Counted from the stretch's first letter, positions 54,051 through 64,000 are shown. The stretch: 64,000 nt of DNA from Candidatus Bathyarchaeota archaeon (GCA_963717465.1 OY970340.1:2432001-2496000), one strand, 5' to 3'. Translations and numbers: made by a program. The notes: a model not told the origin generated them from the sequence alone.

Positions 54051-55919
54051 ATGCAAACGACCCGAATAAACAAAAAAATCGGAAAAAAATTGCAATTAGA
54101 GAAAGGAGTGAAATGCGAATCTTTATTTGAAAACATGCTTGACGGTTTTGCCTATTGCAAAATGGTTTTTGGTTCTCAGGGCAAACCTGTTGATTTCATT
54201 TGTTTGCAAATTAACGATGCTTTATTAAAACTCACTGGAATAAAGAAATCTGAAATACTTGGAAAGAGAGTCATTGAAGCAATTCCGAGAATAAAACAGG
54301 AATACCCCGAATTATTTGAGATTTACAGCAGAGTTGCCTTAACTGGAAAAGCGGAGAAAGCCGAATTTTTCTTCAAGCGGCTAAACATGTGGTTGTACTT
54401 TTCAGTTTACAGTCCAAAGAAAGGCTACTTTGTCGCAATATTCGAGAATATAACTGAGCGTAAAAACACTGAAGCTGCTCTGAAAAGTGACGCTGAACGG
54501 TTTACAGCTTTAGCAAATTCTTTGCCTGAAATAATTTTTGAAACAGACGCGAATGGAAAAACAACTTTCGTAAATCAAATTGCTTTTGAAACTACTGGTT
54601 ACACACAGGAAGATATCAACAAAGGATTTCAAGAGTTGATTGCTCCAGAAGATTTTGAAAAAGCTAGAAAAGACTTTGCAAGTGCAATGGTAAATTCTTC
54701 AACTACAACCAATGAGTACGTGTTCAGTAAGAAGGATGGTAGCAGATTTAACGCGATTATAAAAGCAGTGCCAATTAAATCTAGCAGCAACGTTGTTGGA
54801 TTAAGGGGTATTGTTACCGATATTACTGAACAGAAAAGAATGAACGAAACTCTTGTTTTTCAAAGTCAACTGCTTGAAGCTGTCGGGCAAGCCTTAATTG
54901 CGACAGATAAAGACAATGTTATTCGTTACTGGAATAAAGGAGCTGAAAATCTTTACGGGTGGACCGCAGAAGAGGTTCTGGGAAAAAATGTTGATGAATT
55001 TTTAACGACTGAGGTAATTAAAAAACAGATAACTATAGCCTTGGACCGGTTCCTTTCAGGCGAAAGCTGGTCTGCTGAAATTCAAATTAAAGACCGTTAT
55101 GGCGAAATGTTTCCTGTAATTGTCACGATCAGTCCTGTTTTTAACAAGAGCGGCGAATTCGTAGGGTCGATAAGTGCCTACACTGACATAACAGATCAAA
55201 AGAGCGTAGAGCTTGACCTCAAAAACTACGTTAACGAAAATGCTAAGGCAACAAAGAAAATAAAAGAGTTAAATGAAAAACTCCGAGTAATTGCCAGCTT
55301 AACAAGACACGATATCAGAAATAAACTCGGGGTTTTAAACGGGTACATATACCTGCTCAAAAAACAAATTTCAGATAACGAAATCGCAACGAAGCATTTA
55401 GCTAAAATGGATGAAGCCTCAAAACAATTGCTGACCATTTTGGAATTTGAGAGGGTTTATGAACAAATCGGTTCTGAAGAACTCGTTTACGTGAATGTTG
55501 AAAAATTCTTCGCTGAAGCTTCCGCGCTAGTATCTGACCGCAAAGACATAAATTTTGACTGCAACTGCGAAGGATTAGAAGTATTAGCTGACTCTTTATT
55601 GCGCCAATTATTGTATAACTTAATGGATAATACATTAAAATACGGAGAAAAAACTACTCTAATCACTCTTCATTTCCAAAGAAGCGAGAAGTCCCTTCTT
55701 CTCATCTACGAGGATAATGGAGTGGGAATGACCGATGATGTTAGATCTCATCTTTTTGAGAAAGGCTTTGGCAAAGGAACTGGGTTTGGCCTTTACATGA
55801 TAAAACGCATAATTGAAGCCTACGGCTGGAGTATAGAAGAAAACGGAAAATTAGGTGTCGGCGCCAAGTTTACAATGAGAATACCAAAAAACAAGTTTAG
55901 GCTGAAGAGAGATGTCTAA
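54051..55919 (+). CDS. Multi-PAS sensor histidine kinase, paralog of 44762-46636
   Basis: Same architecture and long identical peptide stretches. Confidence 0.93.
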   Translation: MQTTRINKKIGKKLQLEKGVKCESLFENMLDGFAYCKMVFGSQGKPVDFICLQINDALLKLTGIKKSEILGKRVIEAIPRIKQEYPELFEIYSRVALTGKAEKAEFFFKRLNMWLYFSVYSPKKGYFVAIFENITERKNTEAALKSDAERFTALANSLPEIIFETDANGKTTFVNQIAFETTGYTQEDINKGFQELIAPEDFEKARKDFASAMVNSSTTTNEYVFSKKDGSRFNAIIKAVPIKSSSNVVGLRGIVTDITEQKRMNETLVFQSQLLEAVGQALIATDKDNVIRYWNKGAENLYGWTAEEVLGKNVDEFLTTEVIKKQITIALDRFLSGESWSAEIQIKDRYGEMFPVIVTISPVFNKSGEFVGSISAYTDITDQKSVELDLKNYVNENAKATKKIKELNEKLRVIASLTRHDIRNKLGVLNGYIYLLKKQISDNEIATKHLAKMDEASKQLLTILEFERVYEQIGSEELVYVNVEKFFAEASALVSDRKDINFDCNCEGLEVLADSLLRQLLYNLMDNTLKYGEKTTLITLHFQRSEKSLLLIYEDNGVGMTDDVRSHLFEKGFGKGTGFGLYMIKRIIEAYGWSIEENGKLGVGAKFTMRIPKNKFRLKRDV

Positions 55920-56461
55920 ATTAATCTTTGACAAATATTGCATATTGAAGGAATCAGAAGGTTTAGCATTGAATTCTTTGCTACCTAATTCGAGTTTAGG
56001 CTAAAAAGGGCAGCGCCACATTGGTGTTGAAAAAATTTGAAAAATGCAATTATAAATTAATTAATAACCATAATAATCTATTTTGTAGCACAAATTCGAA
56101 TTAAAGTATAATTTAGCTTAAATATTCTGAATGTCAGCTACTATTTCGCGCTCGTTTACCAAACCGTGCGCTATTCACCTCAAGGTGGTGGCTAAAGGAG
56201 AGCCAAACTCCCAACCTTTAGTCACTACCTTCAATACAATTTTAGCGTTAACACGTTTCAATTTTTATTTTTTCTATTATTTCCAAGATATAATGCTTTG
56301 TCAGGTTAAAATTAGCAAGTTTCAGAAGAACTGTGTTGGAAATATCACTCATACGGAGCATTGGCACTTAATGGAGACGATAATTCTTTCTGAACTTTGC
56401 CGTGACAGTCGGGAACTAAAAAAGAAGTTAAAAAAAGAATATAGGATAACTATTTACTTGT

Positions 56462-56869
56462 CTACTCTGGTAGACCTGGAAATTCGCCTTTAATCTGCTG
56501 ATAAACCTTCTTTAATGGCTCTTCAACTGGCATCATGAAACCCAGATCACCCAGGTCACCCGACAACAGTGACATGGCTCCTTGCGAAAACAACGCGTCA
56601 GCACCCATCTTACCAGACCACCAATCATTTAGGTATTTAAGCTTAAGATACTGAATCGCCGCATTAGCCTCATCAACACTACCCTTATTCACAACCCACT
56701 TCTTACCCTTCGAACCAATCTGCCAAACAACATCAGGAACATCACCAATACTCAACTCAACAATCATGTCATTCTCCTGATCCTTACACGCATCAATAAT
56801 AGCAGGATCATCAGCAAGCTTAGAATACAACTTATACGCGAAATTCATCAACTTATCCTCATAAGACAT
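56462..56869 (-). CDS. SCP2-like domain protein
   Basis: WWSGKMGADALFSQGAMSLLSGDL; follows the corrinoid gene. Confidence 0.6.
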   Translation of the reverse strand: MSYEDKLMNFAYKLYSKLADDPAIIDACKDQENDMIVELSIGDVPDVVWQIGSKGKKWVVNKGSVDEANAAIQYLKLKYLNDWWSGKMGADALFSQGAMSLLSGDLGDLGFMMPVEEPLKKVYQQIKGEFPGLPE

Positions 56870-56953
56870 AACATCTATCTCCTTTCATTTTATATTTTTA
56901 CATGCAGATAAAAAAGAAAAAGAAGAATATTTCTGTTTTGGTCTGCTGCCAAT

Positions 56954-57607
56954 TTAGGTTTTGCCTACGAGCATTCGTGCCTTTTTGATTGCGTCTCCGC
57001 AGTCTGCACCCCAAGTATCAGCCTTAATGCGTTTGCAGAAGTCATCAGTCATCGGTGTACCGCCAACAAGAACCTTGTACTTCTTACGAAGACCACGCTC
57101 AACAAGCGTATCAACGAGTGCTCTCTGATAAGACATACTGCTAGTCATCAAAGCGCCCATCGCAACAATATCAGCATGAACTTCCTCAGCCTTCTTCACA
57201 TAATCCTCAGTCGGAATCTCTTCACCTAAATCATAAACATCAAAACCATCAGTACGCAACATATCAGCAATCAAGTTCTTACCAATACTATGAATATCAC
57301 CAAACGCTGTACCGATAACAACTATGCCTTTTGCCTTTGGCAACTTATCTTTGGGATACTTTTCCTTAAGGTAGTTAACTGCAGCAGTCATCGCGTTAGC
57401 AGCCATAATTACGTACGGCAATGGGTATTCGAAGCGGCCAAATCGGTCACCAACTTCCTTAATGCCAACTGATAGGCCTTTCTCGATAGCGTCCATAATT
57501 TCCAGTTTGTTTTCTACTGCTTCTTTAGCCGCTGCAACAGCCGCATCCTCATTATAATCAATGATTGCTTTAGCGAGGTGTTCAAGTACTTCAGCCTTAG
57601 TTACCAT
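56954..57607 (-). CDS. Methyltransferase corrinoid protein
   Basis: GDIHSIGKN B12-binding motif, GALMTSS, VLVGG. Confidence 0.95.
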   Translation of the reverse strand: MVTKAEVLEHLAKAIIDYNEDAAVAAAKEAVENKLEIMDAIEKGLSVGIKEVGDRFGRFEYPLPYVIMAANAMTAAVNYLKEKYPKDKLPKAKGIVVIGTAFGDIHSIGKNLIADMLRTDGFDVYDLGEEIPTEDYVKKAEEVHADIVAMGALMTSSMSYQRALVDTLVERGLRKKYKVLVGGTPMTDDFCKRIKADTWGADCGDAIKKARMLVGKT

Positions 57608-57629
57608 AGATAATCCCTTCTTTGTCTCC

Positions 57630-59204
57630 TTAGAACCTTGCTCCGGTTCCTTTCGTGTCTATTGCATAGCCGCCGATCTGTAGTACTTTGTCGTATTTGG
57701 CTACGATTGAATTCATTCTGTCAGCTACGTCTTTTGGCGGCAGTGGAGCAGGGAACTCCTTAACGATTTTCTGGGTTAGAGCGTATGCGCGGTCATCAAA
57801 GCCAAGTTTGTCTTCAATCCATCGCAAATATTGCCTCAACTCGTATAAGCCATAACCATGGCGCATTGGGAAGAAGCCTATGTCAGTCATGGTCTGTAGA
57901 GTGTGTTTTTCCTTCATGAAGTCGCCTCTTGGACCCTTAGTAAGCCATTGATCGGGCATGAAAGCTTCAGGTGAAAAATCTAAGTCTTTGAAGAACCACG
58001 AAAGCAAACGAAGCACTTCTGCTAGTTCAGTGTAGCCTTCTGGTCTGATTCCGTTTGGACCTACTGTTGTAGCCCAACAGCCACATTGGTCGGTAGCCAT
58101 TTGGAAGGCGTTGAATATGTGGTAAGTTAACATACCAGCTTGTGAGTCTGCGGCAGCTGCTGTGCCTCCCATGTTACATCCTGGCCACATGGTTGCTTTT
58201 GGTGTTGGGTAGTTGTTGTGCCAGAAGCTCACGTGTAAAGCTAATCCTTTGCTGAATTGTTCTTCAGTTCCTGCTAACATTTGTGTGTATGGGTCCATTG
58301 GCATCACTAGGTCGTAGGTCATGTCAGGGATATGGCCTTTCGCGATTCCGCCTTGTCCAAGAGCTAAAGCTACTGCCATTGATGCAGATGCAGCAACAGT
58401 CACTGTGTATGCTCCTGTTATAGTGCATGGACCTTGGAATCCAGGTATGCAAACATCAGTGTGGTCTATAAGTAGAGGTCTGCCTTTTGTCCAACCTTCC
58501 AAAGTTTGGCTCATTCTGTCACTTGTCTTTTGGCCGAAAACTAAGCCTGGTGTGTCTCCATGGTTAGTAATAAATGGTCTCTTAGCGACTTCGTCTAATC
58601 CTCCGAGCACTTCTGCAGCTAAATCAGTATAGCAGTCAATATGATCAATTGCATCAATATGCCAAATGTGTTTGGTAGTGCATTGAATAGTGCTGTTAAG
58701 ATCATGAGTATCCACTGGCAAACCAGCTTCTGCCAAGTCCATAGGCAGGAAAATTGGGCTCGTCATGTCATACTCGGGGAAGTACTCAACAATCTTTTGC
58801 TCTCTCCAGTTGTCAGCGTCAACACAGTCTCTGAATTCATATTGGTGTGTTGCTAGATTCAATTTGGAATATAGTGCCATGATGCCGAAGCCTCCGCGGA
58901 AAACTCTGCCGCTTCCGCATTCCATGAATATGTCGTTGTTTGGCGTTCTTCCTGGCAAAATTTGGTAACTTGGTATTGCATTTATGGCTTCAACTGCAAG
59001 ATTTTGAGGTATCTTTACGATTCCTTTTTTCTCGTCAGCGACGGTGCATCCTAAGTCTTTGTAGACTTTTTGAAGTTTAGGAGTAACTCCTCCCACTCCA
59101 ATTTTATCCAACAGAAACATTGCAGTATTATGGATTGTCATCAATTCTTCTTTTGTTGCTATTGAACGTGTAAATCTTCTAGGTATATTTACTCCTGTTC
59201 TCAA
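57630..59204 (-). CDS. MttB-superfamily methyltransferase (non-pyrrolysine, divergent)
   Basis: IHNTAMFLLDKIGV, GPCTITGA, DSQAG, GPRGDFMKEKHTL; no in-frame TAG. Confidence 0.85.
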   Translation of the reverse strand: MRTGVNIPRRFTRSIATKEELMTIHNTAMFLLDKIGVGGVTPKLQKVYKDLGCTVADEKKGIVKIPQNLAVEAINAIPSYQILPGRTPNNDIFMECGSGRVFRGGFGIMALYSKLNLATHQYEFRDCVDADNWREQKIVEYFPEYDMTSPIFLPMDLAEAGLPVDTHDLNSTIQCTTKHIWHIDAIDHIDCYTDLAAEVLGGLDEVAKRPFITNHGDTPGLVFGQKTSDRMSQTLEGWTKGRPLLIDHTDVCIPGFQGPCTITGAYTVTVAASASMAVALALGQGGIAKGHIPDMTYDLVMPMDPYTQMLAGTEEQFSKGLALHVSFWHNNYPTPKATMWPGCNMGGTAAAADSQAGMLTYHIFNAFQMATDQCGCWATTVGPNGIRPEGYTELAEVLRLLSWFFKDLDFSPEAFMPDQWLTKGPRGDFMKEKHTLQTMTDIGFFPMRHGYGLYELRQYLRWIEDKLGFDDRAYALTQKIVKEFPAPLPPKDVADRMNSIVAKYDKVLQIGGYAIDTKGTGARF

Positions 59205-59227
59205 TTTTTTCCATCCCTTTTTATTAT

Positions 59228-59248
59228 AGCTGACTTAATTGGTCAGCT
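59228..59248. promoter_or_regulatory. Inverted repeat AGCTGAC-N7-GTCAGCT
   Basis: Perfect 7-bp arms between the TATA box and the mttB-like start. Confidence 0.45.
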
Positions 59249-59268
59249 TTATCGATATTTAAGTTAGA

Positions 59269-59335
59269 TTATAAGCAGTTTTTGTTTTTAGCGACAATTT
59301 GGGATATTCTAACAATTTCCATCAACATTATTGCA
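59269..59335 (-). promoter_or_regulatory. TATA box + upstream repeated motif of the mttB-like operon
   Basis: Aligns with 61124-61190 and 61862-61923. Confidence 0.7.
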
Positions 59336-59711
59336 AAATAGACAGCTTTTACAAGAAAATGTAGACTTACTATTTTTAGAATATTTATCAAAGGCATAAA
59401 ACAAGCGTAATCATTAATAGGTTAAAACAAATATTTAATTTATAACTTGAACTTTCATCTCAAACGAACCCTTTTTGCTATGAAAATAGCTAAAAAAAAC
59501 TTCAGGTATATGCATCTATTCTAAAGTAAGTCTTTTTTGATTTCTGATGAGGAAATTGCTGCTACTTTACTATTTTCTATGAAGAGAATGTTTTAGCAGG
59601 TTGATGGAAATATTTTAAATATACAAGTAAGCGCTAAAATAATTTGCAAGCGCTCAATTCAAATCTTTTAAGAAAATAAAGAGATGAGTAATTCATCTCT
59701 CATTATTCCAT

Positions 59712-61073
59712 TTAGCCCCAAGTTGGGTAATCAAAACCCATGTCTTTGAATTCTTTTGTCACTTTTTTGTACAGATCTACACATTCCTTTCTAGGTTTCA
59801 AAGTTTCTTGGTCATAGAATTCGTATAGGTTTCGCGATAGCACACTCCAGTCAAATGCCTTCAATGCAGGTGTAAACTTTGTTATGAGTTCTTTTATTAG
59901 CTTGGTTCCTTCGCTTACCTTTGTGCCAGCTGCTGCTCTTGTGAATTCACTTCCGAATTTTGCGCCCAGAGGAGGTGTACTACCGACTTCCCACATTCCT
60001 TCCATGCCTGAGATGCAAGCAGTCATACAGGCTGCTGCTGTTCCGTACCAGTCAGCTTCAGTCATTGGTATGTTTAAGCCTATTCCACTTGAAATCCATG
60101 GAGCTTTTATGTTTCGGTCTGCAGCTAACGCCATTGCCGAGTTAGCCCAGAAAACGTCTGCGCCTACATATACGTTATCAATTGTGTTGGTCATAGCCTG
60201 TGTGAAGGAACCATCTGCATAGGCCATTTGACCTAGCGAGTGAGCCATAGCTTCAAGAACTGCTTCTTCAGGAGAACTGATGTAACCGTACAGTGTTGGG
60301 CTAGTACTCTGCCATGGAACTATTTGGTGTTGCATAGCGAAGTAGGCAAGATTAACTCTGTCAAGAACAAGACGCATATCCTGAAGTATGTGAACTGGCA
60401 TCATGCAGTTTCGGTTTGTATAGTATCCAGGATCAAAAGCGGAGATTAGAGCGATCATGCTTGTTGCAGTCATAGGTATACCCAGTAACATGCCAGGTCT
60501 TCCAGCGGCGCGTGCACCAGCAGTCAACAGTTCGCATTCAGTGTGAACCATAAGTGACTCAGTAGGTGTGCCACCGGTAGGTTTCTGACCAAAAGAGGCT
60601 TCAATTATATTAGGAATCATGCCGTCAGTTGTAGGTTCCCTGGCAACAAGATAAACAGCGTCTCGCCATTGTGATAAGTCGCTTCCCATCCATCCAGCAG
60701 CATTCAAGCAGTATGGATGTTGTTTATCCTCTGGACCTCTAGGACGCATCCTCAGTATGTCCCTGCCTGTTCCCCACTCAACCTCCTGCTTTCGTGTCTT
60801 CACAACTTCTCTGAGCTCTGTTTCAGTGAATTTCACCAAGTGCTTGGTATCCTTGCAGTACAATCCGCATTGGACAAGCAATTGTATGCTGGCTTCGTAG
60901 ATAGCATCAGCCATTTGTGCATCTGTCAAAATTGGTTCGCCATCCCATTTAATCTTGTAATCTTGGACTAACTGCTTTACTTTCTCGGGAAAAAAGGTAT
61001 TTTCAAATTCGTCTTCCTTCATTATTGGACCAGTTCTGGTTCTTTCCAAAACTTCCCACAATAAATGACCCAT
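59712..61073 (-). CDS. MtmB-family methyltransferase (non-pyrrolysine)
   Basis: EVLERTRTGP..DEFE, MADAIYEA..GLYCKDT, AGRPGMLLGIP; no in-frame TAG. Confidence 0.88.
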   Translation of the reverse strand: MGHLLWEVLERTRTGPIMKEDEFENTFFPEKVKQLVQDYKIKWDGEPILTDAQMADAIYEASIQLLVQCGLYCKDTKHLVKFTETELREVVKTRKQEVEWGTGRDILRMRPRGPEDKQHPYCLNAAGWMGSDLSQWRDAVYLVAREPTTDGMIPNIIEASFGQKPTGGTPTESLMVHTECELLTAGARAAGRPGMLLGIPMTATSMIALISAFDPGYYTNRNCMMPVHILQDMRLVLDRVNLAYFAMQHQIVPWQSTSPTLYGYISSPEEAVLEAMAHSLGQMAYADGSFTQAMTNTIDNVYVGADVFWANSAMALAADRNIKAPWISSGIGLNIPMTEADWYGTAAACMTACISGMEGMWEVGSTPPLGAKFGSEFTRAAAGTKVSEGTKLIKELITKFTPALKAFDWSVLSRNLYEFYDQETLKPRKECVDLYKKVTKEFKDMGFDYPTWG

Positions 61074-61123
61074 ATTTTCTCACCAAGACTAATTAATTCA
61101 ACCTGATTGCTAATTAAACTAAG

Positions 61124-61190
61124 TTATAAGCCAGTTTCAATATTTGCGACAAAGAAGGACATTTCAACAATCATCATCGACATTATTGCG
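61124..61190 (-). promoter_or_regulatory. TATA box + upstream repeated motif of the mtmB-like gene
   Basis: TTATAAGC..GCGACAA..AACAAT..CATCGACATTATTGC, shared with 59269-59335. Confidence 0.7.
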
Positions 61191-61366
61191 TGACAGGGAT
61201 TCTTTTTGAGACAAGGTTGAATGAACCTTTTTTGGCTTACTTATATCTTGAGAAAATGAGAAATTTTCAATCAACTAGTTGAATCAACCTTTTTTAATCT
61301 AAGCTTTGCTAAGTTTTTGGAAGATTAAAAAAAGAATAAAAAAAATAATCTTAAAATCTATGGTTC

Positions 61367-61762
61367 TTAGTATTCAACACCGGGTAGTGTTTTTGAAACT
61401 TCGGATAAACGACCCAACGATTTCTGGTGCTTCATTGCCTTCATCATGTTGAGCTTTAGTTTAGCTTTCTGCGCGTTAATTTCGCCTTTGGCAATACCCG
61501 CATGCATAGCATAAGTAGCGGTGGTACCAAATTCTGTTTGTTTGGAACCAAGATCTGCGGCTTTGGCCTCGCTAGCGGTAACTTTTCCGTTCTCAATAGT
61601 TAGGAGAAAAGCTTTCGGCTGCCCATCTGGACCTAGCACATCAGAGAATACATACATGAAATTTGTAGAAAGCGCTGCTTTCTGAAAAGCTTCATCTTTG
61701 TTCATGGCGTCAGCGTACATCTTATAATATTCTATTGTTCCAAATTTTACCAACATATTCAC
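61367..61762 (-). CDS. SCP2 sterol/lipid-binding domain protein
   Basis: KFGT.EY..YADAMNKD..., TATYAMHAGIAKGEINA..KLKLNMMKAMK. Confidence 0.75.
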   Translation of the reverse strand: MNMLVKFGTIEYYKMYADAMNKDEAFQKAALSTNFMYVFSDVLGPDGQPKAFLLTIENGKVTASEAKAADLGSKQTEFGTTATYAMHAGIAKGEINAQKAKLKLNMMKAMKHQKSLGRLSEVSKTLPGVEY

Positions 61763-62127
61763 CTCCCATAAAACCTTTAAGCAAGAATCCGTTTTTCATT
61801 TTGTTCAACCTGAACGCTTGTTCGTCTTCGATATGAGGTTCCACTTAATATTTAAATTGAATTATAGCTTATTCCAATTTTTTGCAACAAAATAGGCTTT
61901 TATAATAAATATTTGCTACATTGCTGTAGAAATAATAATCATTTTGGCACAAATGTGCAATACTCCAATCTCTTCGAATCAAAGAACAAGATGAGCTTCG
62001 ATAAAACACAAAAAAAATTGTTAAGACATCTGTTTTGCTATGATATTAAAAAATTATCACTTTCGTGTAATTTAATACGCACAACGATAAATAAAACTAA
62101 AAAAAGAGGAAAGTTTATTGCAAGTTT

Positions 62128-64000
62128 TTATGGTCCGTACGATCCGATGTTTGCTGAGTACACTTTAGCAAGCTGAGATTTGAAATTCCAGGCTCCAAGT
62201 TCAGCGCTAAGATGCTCTGGGCTATCTGGAATTGTGACATTGATATTCCAGTCTGTCCAGCCATAGAGCGTTGGCTCCTCAGCTGGCAATTCAGGACGCC
62301 ACCAACCATGCTCAGGAGACACAATCTTTGGATTAACACCAAAATCATACCGCACCGTCTGCATACACCTACCAAGCGGCGTCTCAATGTAGATCCATTC
62401 ACCATCGCCAATGCCCATGTTACGTGCCGTCAAAGGATGCATTTTTACGCGAGGGACTGGACGCAAATGCCGCATCAAGCTGAGATGTCGATGCTCGCCA
62501 TGCTGAGCCTCTTGGAACCGTGCACCGCTACACAGAATCATAGGATAATCCTTAGCGATGTCAGGCGCACTAATCGGAGTCCAAGGATTCTCGACATAAT
62601 ACGGTATCGGGTCATACTCCAACTGCTCCAGTATGGTGGAGTAAAGCGCAACTTTACCCTCAGGAGTTCCAAAGCCTCTGATCTGTCCAGTCTCAGGATC
62701 AAGCTCCTCATACTTCTTAAATCTAGGTTCATACGGCGGAACACCCTTCCACTCCTTTATAACTTGTTTATGCGTCCAGCCAACAGGCTCATAGAACCAG
62801 TCCGCCATCTCCTCTAAAGTTTTCCAAGGCATGGCTGCGTAAGTTTTGTTCTCGCCAACAACTGCAACTGCCAGATCGCGGAATATTATGCTGTCATCTT
62901 TCAGATCCCACAATCCAGGAATTTTCTGAGGCAGCGCCCGATCACCTGCAATCTCAAACTCAACTGATCCCTGAGTTGAAACAGTCCCATAACCAGACGG
63001 CCTCTCAAACTGACTCGTACCAGGCAACACATAATCTGCAAGCATAGCCTCAGGAGTCATCGAAGCACACTCAATGTACACAAACAACTCAAGCTTCTTT
63101 AGAGCCTCATAAACCTTCTTTATGTTCGCATAACACCTCATTGGACCACATTCACCAGCAAACATCGCTTTAACTGGATAGGGCTTGCCAGTCAAAATCG
63201 TATCTATTGTACTTGGGAAATGTGCACCTACTGGTCCAGCATACCCAGCACCCTTCCAGTATCCTTGAGCCGTCTCTGACGCTTGAATAAGACCACCACC
63301 ACTAAAGCCTCCCATCCTGTATGTCTCGCCGCCTATCTGTTTTCCCCAATCGCTGTTAGTCCCGCTAATTGCTGTTTGGAACGCCTCACAAGCAGTGTGG
63401 AATTTGGGTCTTGCATGTAGGTATTCGCCGCCTTCAATGTCGACGTTGCCAGTTAACGCCGGTAGCATATATTTGGATCGAACGTTGTTCATGGAGTTTC
63501 TACCACCTGATTCAATGGCGTAGCCATATGGGAAAGAACATGGACTATTTTCAACTATGAAGTGAGCAGCTTCCCTAATCTTCTCAGCTGGAATCCAAGT
63601 AATTTCCGCAACCTTCTCAGGAGTGTACTGCTTAACACGTTCTTTTAGCTTGTCAAAGCCAAAGCACCATTTCTCCACAAAGTCATGATTATACAAATCC
63701 TCCTCGATGAGAACATTCAGCATAGCCAGCAAAAATGCAGTATCAGTGCCAGGTCTAATGGCCAACCATTTTTCAGAAATCCGAGCGGTCTCAGTAAAAC
63801 GTGGATCTATGCAGAGCATTTTCGCGCCTCCCTCCGTTGCGGCAACGAAACCTGGCCACGCATATGTCCAAGACTCCATAGCATTATTACCAATATTAAA
63901 TATACCCTTAGTCTTACCTGGAATCATCATTGCGTATGTTAATCCCACGCCATAGCCTAATCCTAAGGCTGAGTACGTGGGTCCGGCTCATTGCTGAGCT
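62128..64000 (-). CDS. Molybdopterin oxidoreductase (acetylene hydratase-like), 5' end outside window, in-frame TGA at 63988-63990
   Basis: IDPRFTETA, RPGTDTA, ADYVLP, EHGWWRPE..NIN motifs; upstream frame reads AQQ-TGA-AGPTYSALGLGYG. Confidence 0.88.
63944..63981 (-). promoter_or_regulatory. Candidate SECIS hairpin just 3' of the UGA
   Basis: mRNA: UGA-GCCGGA-CCCACG-UACUC-AGCCU-UAGGAUU-AGGCU-AUGG-CGUGGG. Confidence 0.55.

Noticed and set aside
57630..61073. Pyrrolysine recoding in mttB/mtmB
   Set aside because: Both ORFs are full length with no in-frame TAG.
61770..62127. Archaeal-type 3'-UTR SECIS after the oxidoreductase
   Set aside because: A U-rich terminator-like tract follows the stop and only weak stems are visible by eye. 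A covariance search is needed to exclude it.
62212..62817. 201-aa plus-strand ORF and other antisense ORFs
   Set aside because: They are shadows of well-supported genes on the opposite strand and have no motifs.

Overview
AT-rich archaeal window. The gene set and archaeal-type tRNAs point to Bathyarchaeia, but that is inference. Several genes are broken by small indels, probably assembly errors. Left to right the window holds: (1) a double-cubane reductase/TusA/DsrE/LysR cluster of the type linked to selenium use; (2) tRNA-Pro(GGG) followed by about 8.5 kb of 1-2-gene cassettes, each ending in a copy of the tRNA 3' end, four of them with a shared 23-bp non-tRNA arm; (3) a pyrogallol-transhydroxylase-like Mo enzyme operon; (4) a soluble MCP; (5) two AOR+ferredoxin operons around GNAT/radical SAM/MoaD; (6) a PAS histidine kinase region with tRNA-Gln and tRNA-Arg; (7) a non-pyrrolysine MttB/MtmB/corrinoid/SCP2 cluster with shared promoter architecture. 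At the right edge, a molybdopterin oxidoreductase has an in-frame UGA at the metal-ligand Cys/Sec position, followed directly by a bacterial-type SECIS-like hairpin. The two strongest leads are this candidate archaeal selenoprotein and the tRNA-Pro cassette array. Family assignments come from motif recognition, not database searches.
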